The translations under genes were made by a program, and so were the position numbers. This document shows, one piece after another, positions 38,418 through 48,039 of a stretch of 64,000 bases of DNA; the stretch's first letter is position 1, and each line of letters opens with the position of its first letter. The notes below the pieces were generated by a model. The model was given only the letters and a program-made list of their open reading frames with translations. It made no database searches and had not been told where the DNA came from. Source of the DNA: Armatimonadota bacterium (GTDB lineage: Bacteria; Armatimonadota; SYMT01); the NCBI GenBank assembly GCA_041690135.1, contig JAWLHY010000003.1, forward strand, positions 384,001 to 448,000, given 5' to 3'.

Positions 38418-39842
38418 ATGCAAGTGACACGACGGAAGACTTTGCAGTGGAGCGTGCGGGCGGCGGCGCTGGCCGCGGCGGGAGTGGCCGGGGTGGGCCT
38501 GGTGACCGACCGCGCCGACGCGCAGAAGCCGGCGACGGGGCGGCGGGTCGTGATGATCAGCATCGACGGCCTCGCGGCGGTGAACCTGGACGACCCCAAG
38601 GTCCCGCTTCCGAACATCCGCCAGCTCGCGGCAGAAGGCGCCAGCGCGAAGGCGATGACCGTGGTGACCCCCTCCGTCACCTGGCCGAACCACACCACGC
38701 TGGTTACGGGAGTCACTCCCGGAAAGCACGGAGTGCTGGGGAACGGCAAGATCGAGCCGAGTACCGGGGCCACGCCGATGGTCATTAACCCGCGCCGCTC
38801 CAAGGAAGAGCTTTGCCGGGTGCCCACCTTCTACGACCTGGCGCACGCTGCCGGGATGCAGACCGCCGAGATCAACTGGCCGGTGACCCGCGAGGCGCCG
38901 ACCCTGAACTGGACCTTCCCCGACCACCCGGACCCGATCCGCTACACCACGCCCGCGCTGGTCCAGGAACTGCAGGCGCAGAAGATCCTCACCGGCCCGG
39001 AAGATGCCGATTTCCGCGTCCTGGGGCAGGTCACCCGGGACCAGGTCTGGACGCAGGCGGCGGTCCACCTGATCCGGCGCCATCGCCCGCAGGTGCTGCT
39101 GCTTCACCTCCTGAACACGGACGGCACCCAGCACACGCACGGCCCGCAGACTACGGAGGGTTACACGTCCCTGGCCCTGGCCGATAGCCACGTGGGGCAG
39201 GTGCTCCAGGCGCTCAAAGAGACGGGCCAGCGGGAGAGCACTGCCGTCTTCGTGGTGGCCGACCACGGCTTCTGCAAGATCACCCGCCAGATCAAGCCGA
39301 ACGCGCGGCTCCGGGCGAAAGGGCTGATCCGCCCCGCGAGCGGCGGGAATGCGGGCGCGCTGGAGTACGAGGCGCAGTCGATCGCCGAGGGCGGAGTGGC
39401 GCTGGTCTACGTCCCGAAGAAGCTGTTCCATCCCGAATTGCTGGAGAAGACCCGCGCCGCCCTGCAGGGGATGGAAGGGGTCGAGCGGATCTACACGTCG
39501 CAGGAGCTTCCGGAGCTGGGCCTGGGCCTCCACCCTCGGGACGCGCAGATGCCGGACTTCCTTCTGGCGGCGAAAGACGGCTATTCCTTCAGCAACGACA
39601 CCACGGGGGAGGAAGTGGTGGCCCTCGCGCGGCCTAACGGCACGCACGGGTTCGTCCACACCAATCCCAAGATGGATGCCGCTTTCGTGGCCTCCGGTGC
39701 CGGCATCAAGCGCGGCGTGAAGCTGGAGCGGATGCGGAATGTCGACGTGGCGCCCACGGCCGCCCGCCTGCTCGGCCTGACGATGCGCGATGTGGACGGC
39801 AAGGTGTTGGAGGAGATCCTCGATTCTGGAACGGGGAATTAG
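38418..39842 (+). CDS. Nucleotide pyrophosphatase/phosphodiesterase (alkaline phosphatase superfamily), secreted
   Basis: ISIDG, PSVTWPNHTTLVTG (catalytic Thr), D..QH, ADHG, HGF, VDVAPT; TRRKTL signal. Confidence 0.92.
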   Translation: MQVTRRKTLQWSVRAAALAAAGVAGVGLVTDRADAQKPATGRRVVMISIDGLAAVNLDDPKVPLPNIRQLAAEGASAKAMTVVTPSVTWPNHTTLVTGVTPGKHGVLGNGKIEPSTGATPMVINPRRSKEELCRVPTFYDLAHAAGMQTAEINWPVTREAPTLNWTFPDHPDPIRYTTPALVQELQAQKILTGPEDADFRVLGQVTRDQVWTQAAVHLIRRHRPQVLLLHLLNTDGTQHTHGPQTTEGYTSLALADSHVGQVLQALKETGQRESTAVFVVADHGFCKITRQIKPNARLRAKGLIRPASGGNAGALEYEAQSIAEGGVALVYVPKKLFHPELLEKTRAALQGMEGVERIYTSQELPELGLGLHPRDAQMPDFLLAAKDGYSFSNDTTGEEVVALARPNGTHGFVHTNPKMDAAFVASGAGIKRGVKLERMRNVDVAPTAARLLGLTMRDVDGKVLEEILDSGTGN

Positions 39843-39868
39843 AGCCTACAAGGGCATCGTTTCCCACG

Positions 39869-39954
39869 TTTCGGAATGACTGCGGCTTCGCCGCAGTCAT
39901 TCCGAAAGTATAATTTCTTTCTCTTTTCCCGCGAGCTTCGCTCGCGGGAAAAGA
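39869..39954. repeat. Two adjacent perfect hairpins, both closed by GC-TTC-GC
   Basis: TTTCGGAATGACTGCGGC-TTC-GCCGCAGTCATTCCGAAA (18-bp stem) and TCTTTTCCCGCGAGC-TTC-GCTCGCGGGAAAAGA (15-bp stem). Confidence 0.9.
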
Positions 39955-39994
39955 TGGTTATCACGGCTCGGGCGGTCTGCGGTGTCCCCACCTG

Positions 39995-40807
39995 ATGGAG
40001 TACCGCGTGCGTGGTGAAGAAAGAGCGGTAGTGCCGGTACTGGAGTTACAGAACTGCACCAAGGTCTTCGGAGGGCTGAAGGCGGTCAGCGAGGTCAATT
40101 TGGCACTCGAGCCCCACGCGCTCGTCGGCCTGATCGGCCCAAATGGCGCCGGTAAGACGACGGTCTTCAACCTGATCACCGGCGTCTACGAGCCGACTTC
40201 CGGCGCGATCCGGCTGGAAGGGAAGCCGGTAGGTGGCCGTGCCCCCAGCGAGATCGCGCGGCAGGGGATCGCCCGCACCTTCCAGAACATCCGCCTCTTC
40301 CCCAACCTGTCGGTGTTCGACAACGTCCGCATTGCCTGCCAGCTCCGGGGAGAAGCGAGCCTCTGGGATGCCGTGTGGCGCACCGGCCGCCACTACCGCT
40401 CCGAGGCAGAGATCGAGCGGCGAGCCCATCAACTGCTGGAACTGTTCGGGCTGGAGGAGTTTGCGCGGTGGCAGTCCACCAGCCTCCCCTATGGCGAGCA
40501 GCGGCGCCTGGAGATCGCCCGCGCCCTGGCCACGCATCCGAAGGTCTTGCTCCTCGACGAGCCCGCGGCCGGTATGAACCCGCAGGAGAAAGAGGAGCTG
40601 ATGGGCCTGATCCGCCGGGTGCGCGACGAGTTTGGGGTCACCATCCTGCTCATCGAACACGACATGGCCCTGGTGATGGGAATCTGCGAGAAGATCTACG
40701 TGCTCGACTACGGCGAGATCATCGCCCAGGGCGCCCCGGCCGAGATCCGCCACAACCCCAAGGTCATCGAGGCTTACCTGGGAGAGCCCATGCCTTCGGC
40801 CGATTAG
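39995..40807 (+). CDS. livG: Branched-chain amino-acid ABC ATPase
   Basis: GPNGAGKTT, ARTFQNIRLF, LPYGEQRRLEIARAL, LLDEPAAG, IEHDM, VIEAYLG. Start may be GTG 40031. Confidence 0.95.
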   Translation: MEYRVRGEERAVVPVLELQNCTKVFGGLKAVSEVNLALEPHALVGLIGPNGAGKTTVFNLITGVYEPTSGAIRLEGKPVGGRAPSEIARQGIARTFQNIRLFPNLSVFDNVRIACQLRGEASLWDAVWRTGRHYRSEAEIERRAHQLLELFGLEEFARWQSTSLPYGEQRRLEIARALATHPKVLLLDEPAAGMNPQEKEELMGLIRRVRDEFGVTILLIEHDMALVMGICEKIYVLDYGEIIAQGAPAEIRHNPKVIEAYLGEPMPSAD

Positions 40808-40821
40808 GACGCGCCTGCGGT

Positions 40822-40911
40822 GGATTAAGATGAGGATAAAGATAACGGGGCTCATAGCTGGTGCCCTGACCAGAGGGCGAACGGATTAGGACCCGGATAA
40901 GGATAAAGATT
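40822..40911. repeat. 6-bp periodic (GGATAA/AGATTA) repeats
   Basis: ggattaagatgaggataaagataa and ggattaggacccggataaggataaagatta; a similar tract lies at ~20283-20303. Confidence 0.65.
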
Positions 40912-41192
40912 ACCGGCTCATGACGGGTGCCCTGATCAGGGGGATGGCCACGTCACGGAGTGCAAAGCTGCACTTTCCGAGGCGCCCGCATGGCAGAACG
41001 AGGTGCCAAGGGTGCGGGTCTCTCACGGACAGCCCTGACCAGGGGGCTTGCCGCGTCGCTTACTGGTTCCGGTTCAAGAAGTTGGCGGCTCCGAGTGAAG
41101 GCTCATCCGATTCGGAGAAGTTGGTGCCGGTCTATCGCTCCTCGTAATGACGATCGTGGGCAATGCCTGAACGTTTACCGCCCGAGGGGTGG

Positions 41193-41253
41193 CCGAACAC
41201 CTGAACACCTGAATACCTGAATGCCCGAACACCTGCATACCTGACCACCTGAA
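41193..41253 (+). repeat. ~7.5 tandem copies of an 8-mer (CTGAACAC) abutting the livF start codon
   Basis: ccgaacac ctgaacac ctgaatac ctgaatgc ccgaacac ctgcatac ctgaccac ctgaa ATG. Confidence 0.9.
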
Positions 41254-41964
41254 ATGCCCCTTCTCGAAATCGAAAACCTGCACGTTTATTACGGCGCCAT
41301 CCATGCTCTGAAAGGGGTGAGCCTTTCCGTGGAGGCGGGGGAAGTCGTGACCCTGATCGGCGCTAACGGGGCGGGAAAGAGCACAACCCTCCGCACGATC
41401 TCGGGACTCCTGCGCCCGCGGGAAGGTTCGGTCCGGTTCGAGGGGAAGGAACTCACCCGCCTGGCGCCGGACCAGATCGTCCGGATGGGGATCGCGCACG
41501 TGCCGGAGGGGCGACGGGTCTTCGCCAACCTCACGGTCCGCGAGAACCTGGAAATGGGGGCGTACACTCGCCGCGACCGGGAAGTGGGCAAGGACCTGGA
41601 GCAGGTACTGGAGCGGTTTCCCCGGCTGCGGGAGCGGTTCGGGCAGGCGGCGGGCACCCTTTCCGGTGGAGAACAGCAGATGCTCGCTATCGGCCGCGCC
41701 CTGATGGGCCGCCCCCGGGTGCTCCTGCTCGACGAACCGTCCCTTGGCCTTGCGCCGTTCCTGGTGCAGGAGATCTTCCGCATTATCCGCGATATCAACG
41801 AGCAGGGGACCACCATCCTGCTCGTCGAACAGAATGCGCACATGGCCCTGGCAGCGGCCCGGCGCGGCTACGTGCTCGAGACCGGCGAGGTCGTGCTCTC
41901 CGACACGGGCCAGGCCCTGCTCACCAACGAGGAAGTCCGAAAGGCGTATCTCGGTCAGGACTAG
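41254..41964 (+). CDS. livF: Branched-chain amino-acid ABC ATPase
   Basis: GANGAGKST, VPEGRRVF, LSGGEQQMLA, LDEPSLGLAP, VEQNA, VRKAYLG. Confidence 0.96.
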   Translation: MPLLEIENLHVYYGAIHALKGVSLSVEAGEVVTLIGANGAGKSTTLRTISGLLRPREGSVRFEGKELTRLAPDQIVRMGIAHVPEGRRVFANLTVRENLEMGAYTRRDREVGKDLEQVLERFPRLRERFGQAAGTLSGGEQQMLAIGRALMGRPRVLLLDEPSLGLAPFLVQEIFRIIRDINEQGTTILLVEQNAHMALAAARRGYVLETGEVVLSDTGQALLTNEEVRKAYLGQD

Positions 41965-42041
41965 CGCTGCCGCAGGGCATTCCACACGGGTAACATGCAC
42001 ATGCACATGGCGAACACCGTATACAACCGAGGATGAGATCC

Positions 42042-42752
42042 ATGGCGAGCGCGTTATTCTGGTCGGTAGACGACCGATCACCGTCCGATCCGCTCCCGCC
42101 CCTTGAGCAGGGGCAGCATCTGGATCGGGAGACCTTCCACGAGCGTTACTGCGCGATGCCTCCCGGCACGCATGCGGAGTTGATCCAGGGAAAGGTTTAT
42201 ATGCCCTCGCCGCTGTATAGCCCTCATTCCCTCTCCGACGGAACGCTCGTCGTGTGGTTGGGCCTGTATGTTGCTGCTACGCCGGGAACGCGCCCCCTGC
42301 CAGGCATCTCTACGTGCCTAGGTGAGGATGGGGAAGTGCAGCCAGATCAAACGTTGGTGATTGAGCCGGCGCGAGGTGGGCAGGTACGCGAGGACGAGCG
42401 GAAGCGTCTGGCCGTGCCGCCGGAACTGGTGGTGGAAGTAGCGTCCAGTTCCGAGTCGTACGACCTGCACGAAAAATACGACATGTACGAGCGGAGCCAA
42501 GTCCGAGAGTACCTTGTTGTGCTGGTTCTGGAGAAAGCCGTGCGCTGGTTTACGCGTACGGAAGCCGGCTTTACCGAATTGCAGCCCGAACCTGACGGGC
42601 TCCTGCGCTCCCGTGTCTTTCCCGGCCTGTGGCTCGATCCGGACGCGCTCATCCGGCACGATATCCAATTGATCAAACTGGCGCTCGACCGCGGATTAGC
42701 CTCGGCCGAGCACGAAGAATTCGTGCAGCGGCTACAAGCGGCCGCTCCCTGA
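42042..42752 (+). CDS. Uma2 (DUF820) PD-(D/E)xK-fold protein
   Basis: AELIQG.V.M.SP...H, VQPD, PELVVEVASSS.SYDL.EK...YE...V.EY, S.VFPGLWLD. Confidence 0.92.
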   Translation: MASALFWSVDDRSPSDPLPPLEQGQHLDRETFHERYCAMPPGTHAELIQGKVYMPSPLYSPHSLSDGTLVVWLGLYVAATPGTRPLPGISTCLGEDGEVQPDQTLVIEPARGGQVREDERKRLAVPPELVVEVASSSESYDLHEKYDMYERSQVREYLVVLVLEKAVRWFTRTEAGFTELQPEPDGLLRSRVFPGLWLDPDALIRHDIQLIKLALDRGLASAEHEEFVQRLQAAAP

Positions 42753-42770
42753 CCCCACCCTGGAATCACT

Positions 42771-43154
42771 ATGGCTCATCCCGATAACCTGCGCTACCGC
42801 GAAACGCACGAGTGGGTACGAGTAGACGGCGACCGCGCGACGGTCGGCATTACGGACCACGCCCAGCACGAGTTGGGGGACGTGGTTTACCTGGACCTGC
42901 CGCAGCCCGGCAAGACGTTCAGCCAGGGGGACGTTTTCGGCTCCATCGAGTCGGTCAAGGCCGTCTCCGACCTCTACGCCCCGGTCTCCGGCGAAGTCGT
43001 GGAGGTGAACGACGCCCTGATCTCCGCGCCGGAAGGGGTCAACAGCTCCCCGCACGACGCGGGCTGGATGATCGTACTGCGCCTGAGCAATCCTTCGGAA
43101 GTCGATTCGCTCATGGACGTGCAGGCGTATGAAGCCACTTTCGGCGGCCACTGA
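42771..43154 (+). CDS. gcvH: Glycine cleavage system H protein
   Basis: HEWV, VGITDHAQ.ELGDVVY, IESVKAVSDLYAPVSGEV (lipoyl-Lys), GW. Confidence 0.97.
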   Translation: MAHPDNLRYRETHEWVRVDGDRATVGITDHAQHELGDVVYLDLPQPGKTFSQGDVFGSIESVKAVSDLYAPVSGEVVEVNDALISAPEGVNSSPHDAGWMIVLRLSNPSEVDSLMDVQAYEATFGGH

Positions 43155-43944
43155 TCCCGCCGTGCAGGCCCTGCAGGGACGGCTGACCGGCCGTCCCTGG
43201 CAGGTGCTGCGAACCGGTCCCGCCGACGGGGCCACCAACATGGCGCGCGACCTCGAGCTGCTCGAAGCGGCAGCGGCGGAGCGCCTCCCACCTACCCTGC
43301 GGTTCTACACCTGGTCGCCGCCCGCGGTCTCGCTGGGGCGGTTCCAGCCGGAAGAGGGGATCGATCGCGACTATCGCGCCGCCCGCGGCTGGGACCTCGT
43401 CCGGCGTCCCACGGGCGGGCGGGCCGTGCTGCACCACCTGGAGCTCACTTACAGCCTTGTCCTACCTCCTTCGCTGGTAGCGGGAGCGGGAGTGCGCACC
43501 AGCTACGCCGTGCTGAGCCGAGGTCTCAACGCTGGTCTCGCCACCCTCCTGGGCCGGATCCCGTGTCCCAACGAGGCCGGCGCCTGCGACGTTCCCGTAA
43601 GTACCCAGAAGATCTCCGGCAGTTGCACTGCCGAAGAAACGTTCGTGCGCAGTTGCACTGCGCCTAAAGGCATTACCAACTGCTTCGCCCTGGCCAGCGA
43701 GTGCGACACCCTCGTCCCCGGCGGAAAGCTGGTGGGCAGCGCGCAGGTCCGCCATCACGGGGCGCTGCTCCAGCACGGTAGCATCCTGCTCGACGCCGAG
43801 CCCGAGGCCTGGACTGCCCTTTTCGGTACCGCCGGCCGCCTCGTCACCCTGCGGGAATTGCTGGGTGCGGTTCCCGCCCAGGAGGTGGTGGAACGGGCTG
43901 TTGTCGCAGGTTTCCGGTCGTTGGGCATTCCCTTGGAAAGCTGA
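43129..43944 (+). CDS. Lipoate-protein ligase family protein (LipM-like octanoyltransferase)
   Basis: NMARD..LL, LRFYTW.PP.VSLG.FQ, VRRPTGGRAVLH..ELTYS, CF, KLVGSAQ, LQHGSI; overlaps gcvH. Confidence 0.92.
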   Translation: MKPLSAATDPAVQALQGRLTGRPWQVLRTGPADGATNMARDLELLEAAAAERLPPTLRFYTWSPPAVSLGRFQPEEGIDRDYRAARGWDLVRRPTGGRAVLHHLELTYSLVLPPSLVAGAGVRTSYAVLSRGLNAGLATLLGRIPCPNEAGACDVPVSTQKISGSCTAEETFVRSCTAPKGITNCFALASECDTLVPGGKLVGSAQVRHHGALLQHGSILLDAEPEAWTALFGTAGRLVTLRELLGAVPAQEVVERAVVAGFRSLGIPLES

Positions 43945-44263
43945 TTCAGCCGAAACCTGAACCCACAATCTAGAACTGGTTTCTCGGATGGCTGACGGCT
44001 GCGTATCCAGTCTCTGGGGAAGGGAGCAGCGACCATTCCCCTACAGCCGCCTATATCCAAATCTGCGAAACGAACTCCGAGCTCTGTGCTACTCCATGCC
44101 GATCCGTCCCATCCTTGTCATCCGTGTCTGATACCCAGCAGTTGCGGCAAGAGCCCTCGCCAGCGCAAGAACGTCTCAACGCGGGGAAAAGAGGAATCTC
44201 CCCGTTCCCCTGTGGAACCGCATCCCGGCGGATTCTGATTAGAGACAGACTATTCCCTTAACT

Positions 44264-44506
44264 ATGAAGTGGCTTCTCTCCGGCCTGGTGCTCCTCGTCG
44301 CGGTGGTGCATCAGGACACCTGGTTCTGGACCGACAAGACCCTGGTCTTCGGCTTCCTACCGATCGGGCTGGTTTACCATCTCGGCTACTGCCTGCTGGC
44401 GGCGGCCACGATGGCGGTGCTGGTCAAGTGGGCCTGGCCCAGCGAGCTGGAAGCGGTCGAGAGCATGCACGCCGGCGCCGCTGCCGGGGGTGAGAACCGC
44501 TCATGA
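44264..44506 (+). CDS. Small 2-TM partner of sodium:solute symporter (DUF3311-like)
   Basis: HQD.WFW....LVFGFLP.GL.YH; ATGA overlap with the SSS gene. Confidence 0.85.
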   Translation: MKWLLSGLVLLVAVVHQDTWFWTDKTLVFGFLPIGLVYHLGYCLLAAATMAVLVKWAWPSELEAVESMHAGAAAGGENRS

Positions 44507-46089
44507 TCCCCGCGCTGATCGTTTTCGGCTACCTTGCGGTCGTCCTCTATATCGGCGTCTTCGCGTTCCGCAAGGGAAAGGAATCCGGCGAGGACTTCTT
44601 CCTCGCCAGCCGCGCGCTGGGTCCGGTGGTGTTCCTGCTCTCCCTGTTCGGCACGAACATGACCGCCTTCGCCATCCTCGGCAGCTCCGGTCTCTCCTAC
44701 CGGATCGGGATCGGCGTGTTCGGGCTGATGGCCTCTTCCTCCGCCCTGGTCATCCCGCTTTGCCTATTCTTCATCGGTACCCGCCTCTGGGGCCTGGGGA
44801 AGCGGTTCGGGCACATGACACAGGTCCAGTTCCTGCGCGACCGCTGGGAGTGCGGCGGCATCGGGACCTATCTCTTCGCCATCACCGCCGCGATGCTGGT
44901 GCCGTACATCATCATCGGCGTGATGGGAGGCGGCCAGACCCTGCAGACGATCAGCGCCTACACGGGTCCGGACGGGCAGGTGCGGCACTGGGTGAGCTAC
45001 GAGGCCGGCGGCGCCGTGGTGGCCCTGGTGGTGATGGGCTACGTCTTCTTCGGTGGGATGCGGGGCACCGCCTGGGTGAACACGTTCCAGACCGCCCTCT
45101 TCCTCTGCTTCGGCACGATCGCCTTCCTCCTGATCGCGAAGAACCTGGGCGGGCTCGACGGGATCATGGAAGGGCTGAAGGCGAACCCGAAATCGGCCAC
45201 GCTCTTGAGCCGCGAGAAGATCCCGCCGCGCGAGTTCTTGAGCTACATGTTCATCCCGCTCTCCTCCATCATGTTTCCGCACGTCGCGATCATGTGCATG
45301 ACGGCCGAGAAGGTGAGCCACTTCAAGAAGACCATCATCTTCTACCCGCTCTGCATCGCCGCCATCTGGCTGCCCTCCGTCTTCCTCGGCGTGGTGGGGG
45401 CCGCGCAGTTTCCCGGTCTTCAACCTGGCCAGACGGACAGCATCATCATCCGGCTGCTCACCCAGAACACCGGGGTATTGATCTCCGGAATCCTGGGTGC
45501 GGGGATCATGGCGTGCGTGATGGCTTCGGACAGCCAGATCCTGGCGCTCTGCACCATGTTCACCGAGGACTGCTTCGCCTATTACGGCGGGAAGGAGCGC
45601 TTCGGGGACAAGGCACAGGTCTGGACCGGGCGCATTTTCATCGTGCTGGTGACGACGCTGGCCTACTTGATCGCGCTCTCCCTGAAGGACAAGGCGGGCA
45701 TCTTCGGGCTGGCTATCCGCTTCGCCTTCTCCGGGTTCGCGGCCCTCGCGCCGATCATGCTGGCGGCGCTCTTCTGGAAGCGGAGCACCAAGTGGGGCGC
45801 GCTGGCGGCGGCCCTATGGGTGACGGCCACGGTACTGGGGAGCTGGTACCTCTACGAGATGTCCGCCGGCATCAAGCCGGCGCCGGGATCGGCCCCGGTC
45901 CAGATCTTCCCCGCGCTCGGCGACCTCTTCCTGCGGACCCCCGCCGACGTTACCGTCTACGGTTACCTGCCGGTGATGCCGATGTGCATCGGCTCGGCCC
46001 TCCTGATGGTTGTGGTCTCCCTGGTTACCCCGCCCCCCAGCCAGAAGACCCTCGACAAGTACTTCCCTCCCAAGTCATCGCTCGCTTGA
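44503..46089 (+). CDS. Sodium:solute symporter family transporter
   Basis: [33 protein letters not shown], ~13 TM helices. Confidence 0.93.
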   Translation: MIPALIVFGYLAVVLYIGVFAFRKGKESGEDFFLASRALGPVVFLLSLFGTNMTAFAILGSSGLSYRIGIGVFGLMASSSALVIPLCLFFIGTRLWGLGKRFGHMTQVQFLRDRWECGGIGTYLFAITAAMLVPYIIIGVMGGGQTLQTISAYTGPDGQVRHWVSYEAGGAVVALVVMGYVFFGGMRGTAWVNTFQTALFLCFGTIAFLLIAKNLGGLDGIMEGLKANPKSATLLSREKIPPREFLSYMFIPLSSIMFPHVAIMCMTAEKVSHFKKTIIFYPLCIAAIWLPSVFLGVVGAAQFPGLQPGQTDSIIIRLLTQNTGVLISGILGAGIMACVMASDSQILALCTMFTEDCFAYYGGKERFGDKAQVWTGRIFIVLVTTLAYLIALSLKDKAGIFGLAIRFAFSGFAALAPIMLAALFWKRSTKWGALAAALWVTATVLGSWYLYEMSAGIKPAPGSAPVQIFPALGDLFLRTPADVTVYGYLPVMPMCIGSALLMVVVSLVTPPPSQKTLDKYFPPKSSLA

Positions 46090-46106
46090 TGCATTTCGAC
46101 CGGATT

Positions 46107-46281
46107 CTTTTCGACACGGAGGGACACAGATGATACAGAAGAACACAGAAGAAGAGGCAGCCGGATGAGTGGATGCATAGCCGCGGCCCTCGCTGCGGTG
46201 AAGGCGCCGTGATTGCCGGAATGACACCGGCCGATGCCTTCTGTGTCCTTCCGTGATCTCTGTGTCCCTCCGTGTCAAAAG
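46107..46281. repeat. Inverted pair of ~45-bp ~9-bp-periodic repeats (GACACAGA family)
   Basis: cttttcgacacggagggacacagatgatacagaagaacacagaag (46107-46151) versus the reverse complement of 46238-46281, cttttgacacggagggacacagagatcacggaaggacacagaag. Confidence 0.9.
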
Positions 46282-46326
46282 TGGCTCCCATTCGTGTCGA
46301 AGGCGCTACCTGAGTAAGTTAAAGGC

Positions 46327-47409
46327 ATGTCGAACACTGAACTGAACGAGGCCGCGCGAGCCGCGGCGGATAAGCTGGACGCGCACGTGCGCGAGATCGT
46401 GCAGTGGCACTTCTCTCTGGAGACGGGGTGCCCCTTCTGGCTGAACTGGGCGCAGAAGGCGGGGTGGAACCCGGCCGAAGAGGTGAAGGGGGTGGAGGAC
46501 CTGAAGAAGTTCCCCCACTTCCAGGACGAGTGGCTCCGCGACGAGCAGAATGACGTGTGGGTCCCCCAGGCCTACCGGGGTCGCCCGTATTACATCTTCG
46601 AGACCGGCGGCACCACCGGCATGCCCAAGCAGCGGATCGGCTGGGAAGACCACTTCAAGGACTACGAAGAGTTCTCCGAGACGCTCGATGAGAAGTACTT
46701 CCCGAAAGGCGCCAACTGGCTGATGCTCGGCCCCACCGGTCCCCGGCGGCTCCGCCTCTGCATCGAGCACCTGGCCCACGTGCGCGGCGGCAACTGCTAC
46801 CACGTCGACCTCGACCCGCGCTGGGTGAAGCGCCTCATCGCCGACAAGCAGTTCGACCAGGCCAACAAGTACAAGGAGCACGTGGTCGAGCAGGGCGCCA
46901 CGATCCTCAAGAACCGCAACGTCCAGTGCCTCTTCACCACGCCGAAGCTGCTGGAAGCGCTCGACGAGAAGATCAACGTGCCGGACGCGGGTATCAAGGG
47001 CGTCTTCTGCGGCGGCACCCAGATGACCCCGCAGAACGTGCGCTTCCTGGTGGAAGAAGTGCTCGACAACCGCGCCCAGTTCGTGCCCACCTACGGCAAC
47101 ACCCTGATGGGCCTCGCCTGTAGCCGCCCCCTCACCCGCGAGGATAACTGGAGCATCACCTACTTCGCTCCGCAGCCGCGCGCCTACCTCCGCGTCGTGG
47201 ATCCCAACAACACCGACCGGACCGTGGACTACGGTGAATGGGGAAGGGTCGAGCTCTCCACCCTCACCCGCGAGTTCTTCATGCCGCGGTTCCTGGAACG
47301 CGACGAGGCCGTCCGCCGCGAGCCGTGGGCGCGCTTCCCGTGGGACGGCGTCGGTGAAGTCCGCCCGTTCGGTGCCCTGGAGAAGAAGACGATCGAAGGA
47401 GTCTACTAA
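46327..47409 (+). CDS. Short adenylate-forming protein, GriC/EhpF(LuxE)-like
   Basis: WHFS.ETGCPFW N-terminus, P-loop FETGGTTGMPK, LGPTGP, DLDPRWVK, TYGNTLMG, FLERD; only 360 aa, lacking the small C-terminal ANL subdomain. Confidence 0.78.
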   Translation: MSNTELNEAARAAADKLDAHVREIVQWHFSLETGCPFWLNWAQKAGWNPAEEVKGVEDLKKFPHFQDEWLRDEQNDVWVPQAYRGRPYYIFETGGTTGMPKQRIGWEDHFKDYEEFSETLDEKYFPKGANWLMLGPTGPRRLRLCIEHLAHVRGGNCYHVDLDPRWVKRLIADKQFDQANKYKEHVVEQGATILKNRNVQCLFTTPKLLEALDEKINVPDAGIKGVFCGGTQMTPQNVRFLVEEVLDNRAQFVPTYGNTLMGLACSRPLTREDNWSITYFAPQPRAYLRVVDPNNTDRTVDYGEWGRVELSTLTREFFMPRFLERDEAVRREPWARFPWDGVGEVRPFGALEKKTIEGVY

Positions 47410-47461
47410 AGGCCTCTGCGAAATATTCGGTGGCGTTGCACTCGGGTAGGGTGAACGGACG

Positions 47462-47580
47462 CTCCCCTCTCTCGCAGATTCGGGAGAGGGATAGGGACTT
47501 GTGGGTTGGCCATAGCGCCTGCGGTGGCCAGTGTGACCTCACCCCCCCCGCCCCCTCTCCGACACAGAGAGGGGGAGTCC
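47462..47580. repeat. REP-like CCCCTCTC...GAGAGGGG palindromes
   Basis: ctcccctctctcgcagattcgggagagggat and ccccctctccgacacagagaggggag; related motifs at ~24137-24180. Confidence 0.65.
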
Positions 47581-47761
47581 GTGCACAAGACGGGGTGCCT
47601 CCTGCGCTTCTGACTACCGCTTTCGAGACTAGGTTGCCGTGAGTTAACACACATGGAGGCAGGGGTGAGCGCAACCGTGTGTGTGGAGTACGGGCTTTCG
47701 GGCAGTGCTGCCTCGTCCAACCGTTCTGGTTCCGCTGTCGGCTTTCACTAAGGATAGGGAG

Positions 47762-48010
47762 ATGGATTTCGATATCCACAGTGCACTGCCGCAATGGAAT
47801 GACTTCGAGGCGGCCGCTCGTGAACATGATGAGGATGCGAGGGCTCTCCTCAACGGCTACATCCGCGAGTGTCTGGAAGCCTGGGCGGAGTTAGACCTAC
47901 ATGCGGAGATCGCTCGTGATGTGCAGGTTACAGGCTATCAAGAGGATGATGCGGTCGAGCTAGTTCGGCGCATCCGAGCGGAGCGGAGGGGCCAAGGTGC
48001 CGTCTCCTGA
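47762..48010 (+). CDS. Small acidic protein, antitoxin-like; no adjacent toxin
   Basis: 82 aa, MDFDIHSALPQWNDFEAAA...LLNGYIRECLE.W...EDDAVELVRRIRAE; codon usage differs from the neighbours. Confidence 0.55.
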   Translation: MDFDIHSALPQWNDFEAAAREHDEDARALLNGYIRECLEAWAELDLHAEIARDVQVTGYQEDDAVELVRRIRAERRGQGAVS

Positions 48011-48039
48011 GAATCGGATTTCATACGAGGAGGCCCGTA

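Noticed and set aside
42042-42752. Uma2 protein as part of a restriction or defence island
   Set aside because: Solitary Uma2 genes are commonly scattered in such genomes; no methylase or other defence genes are adjacent.
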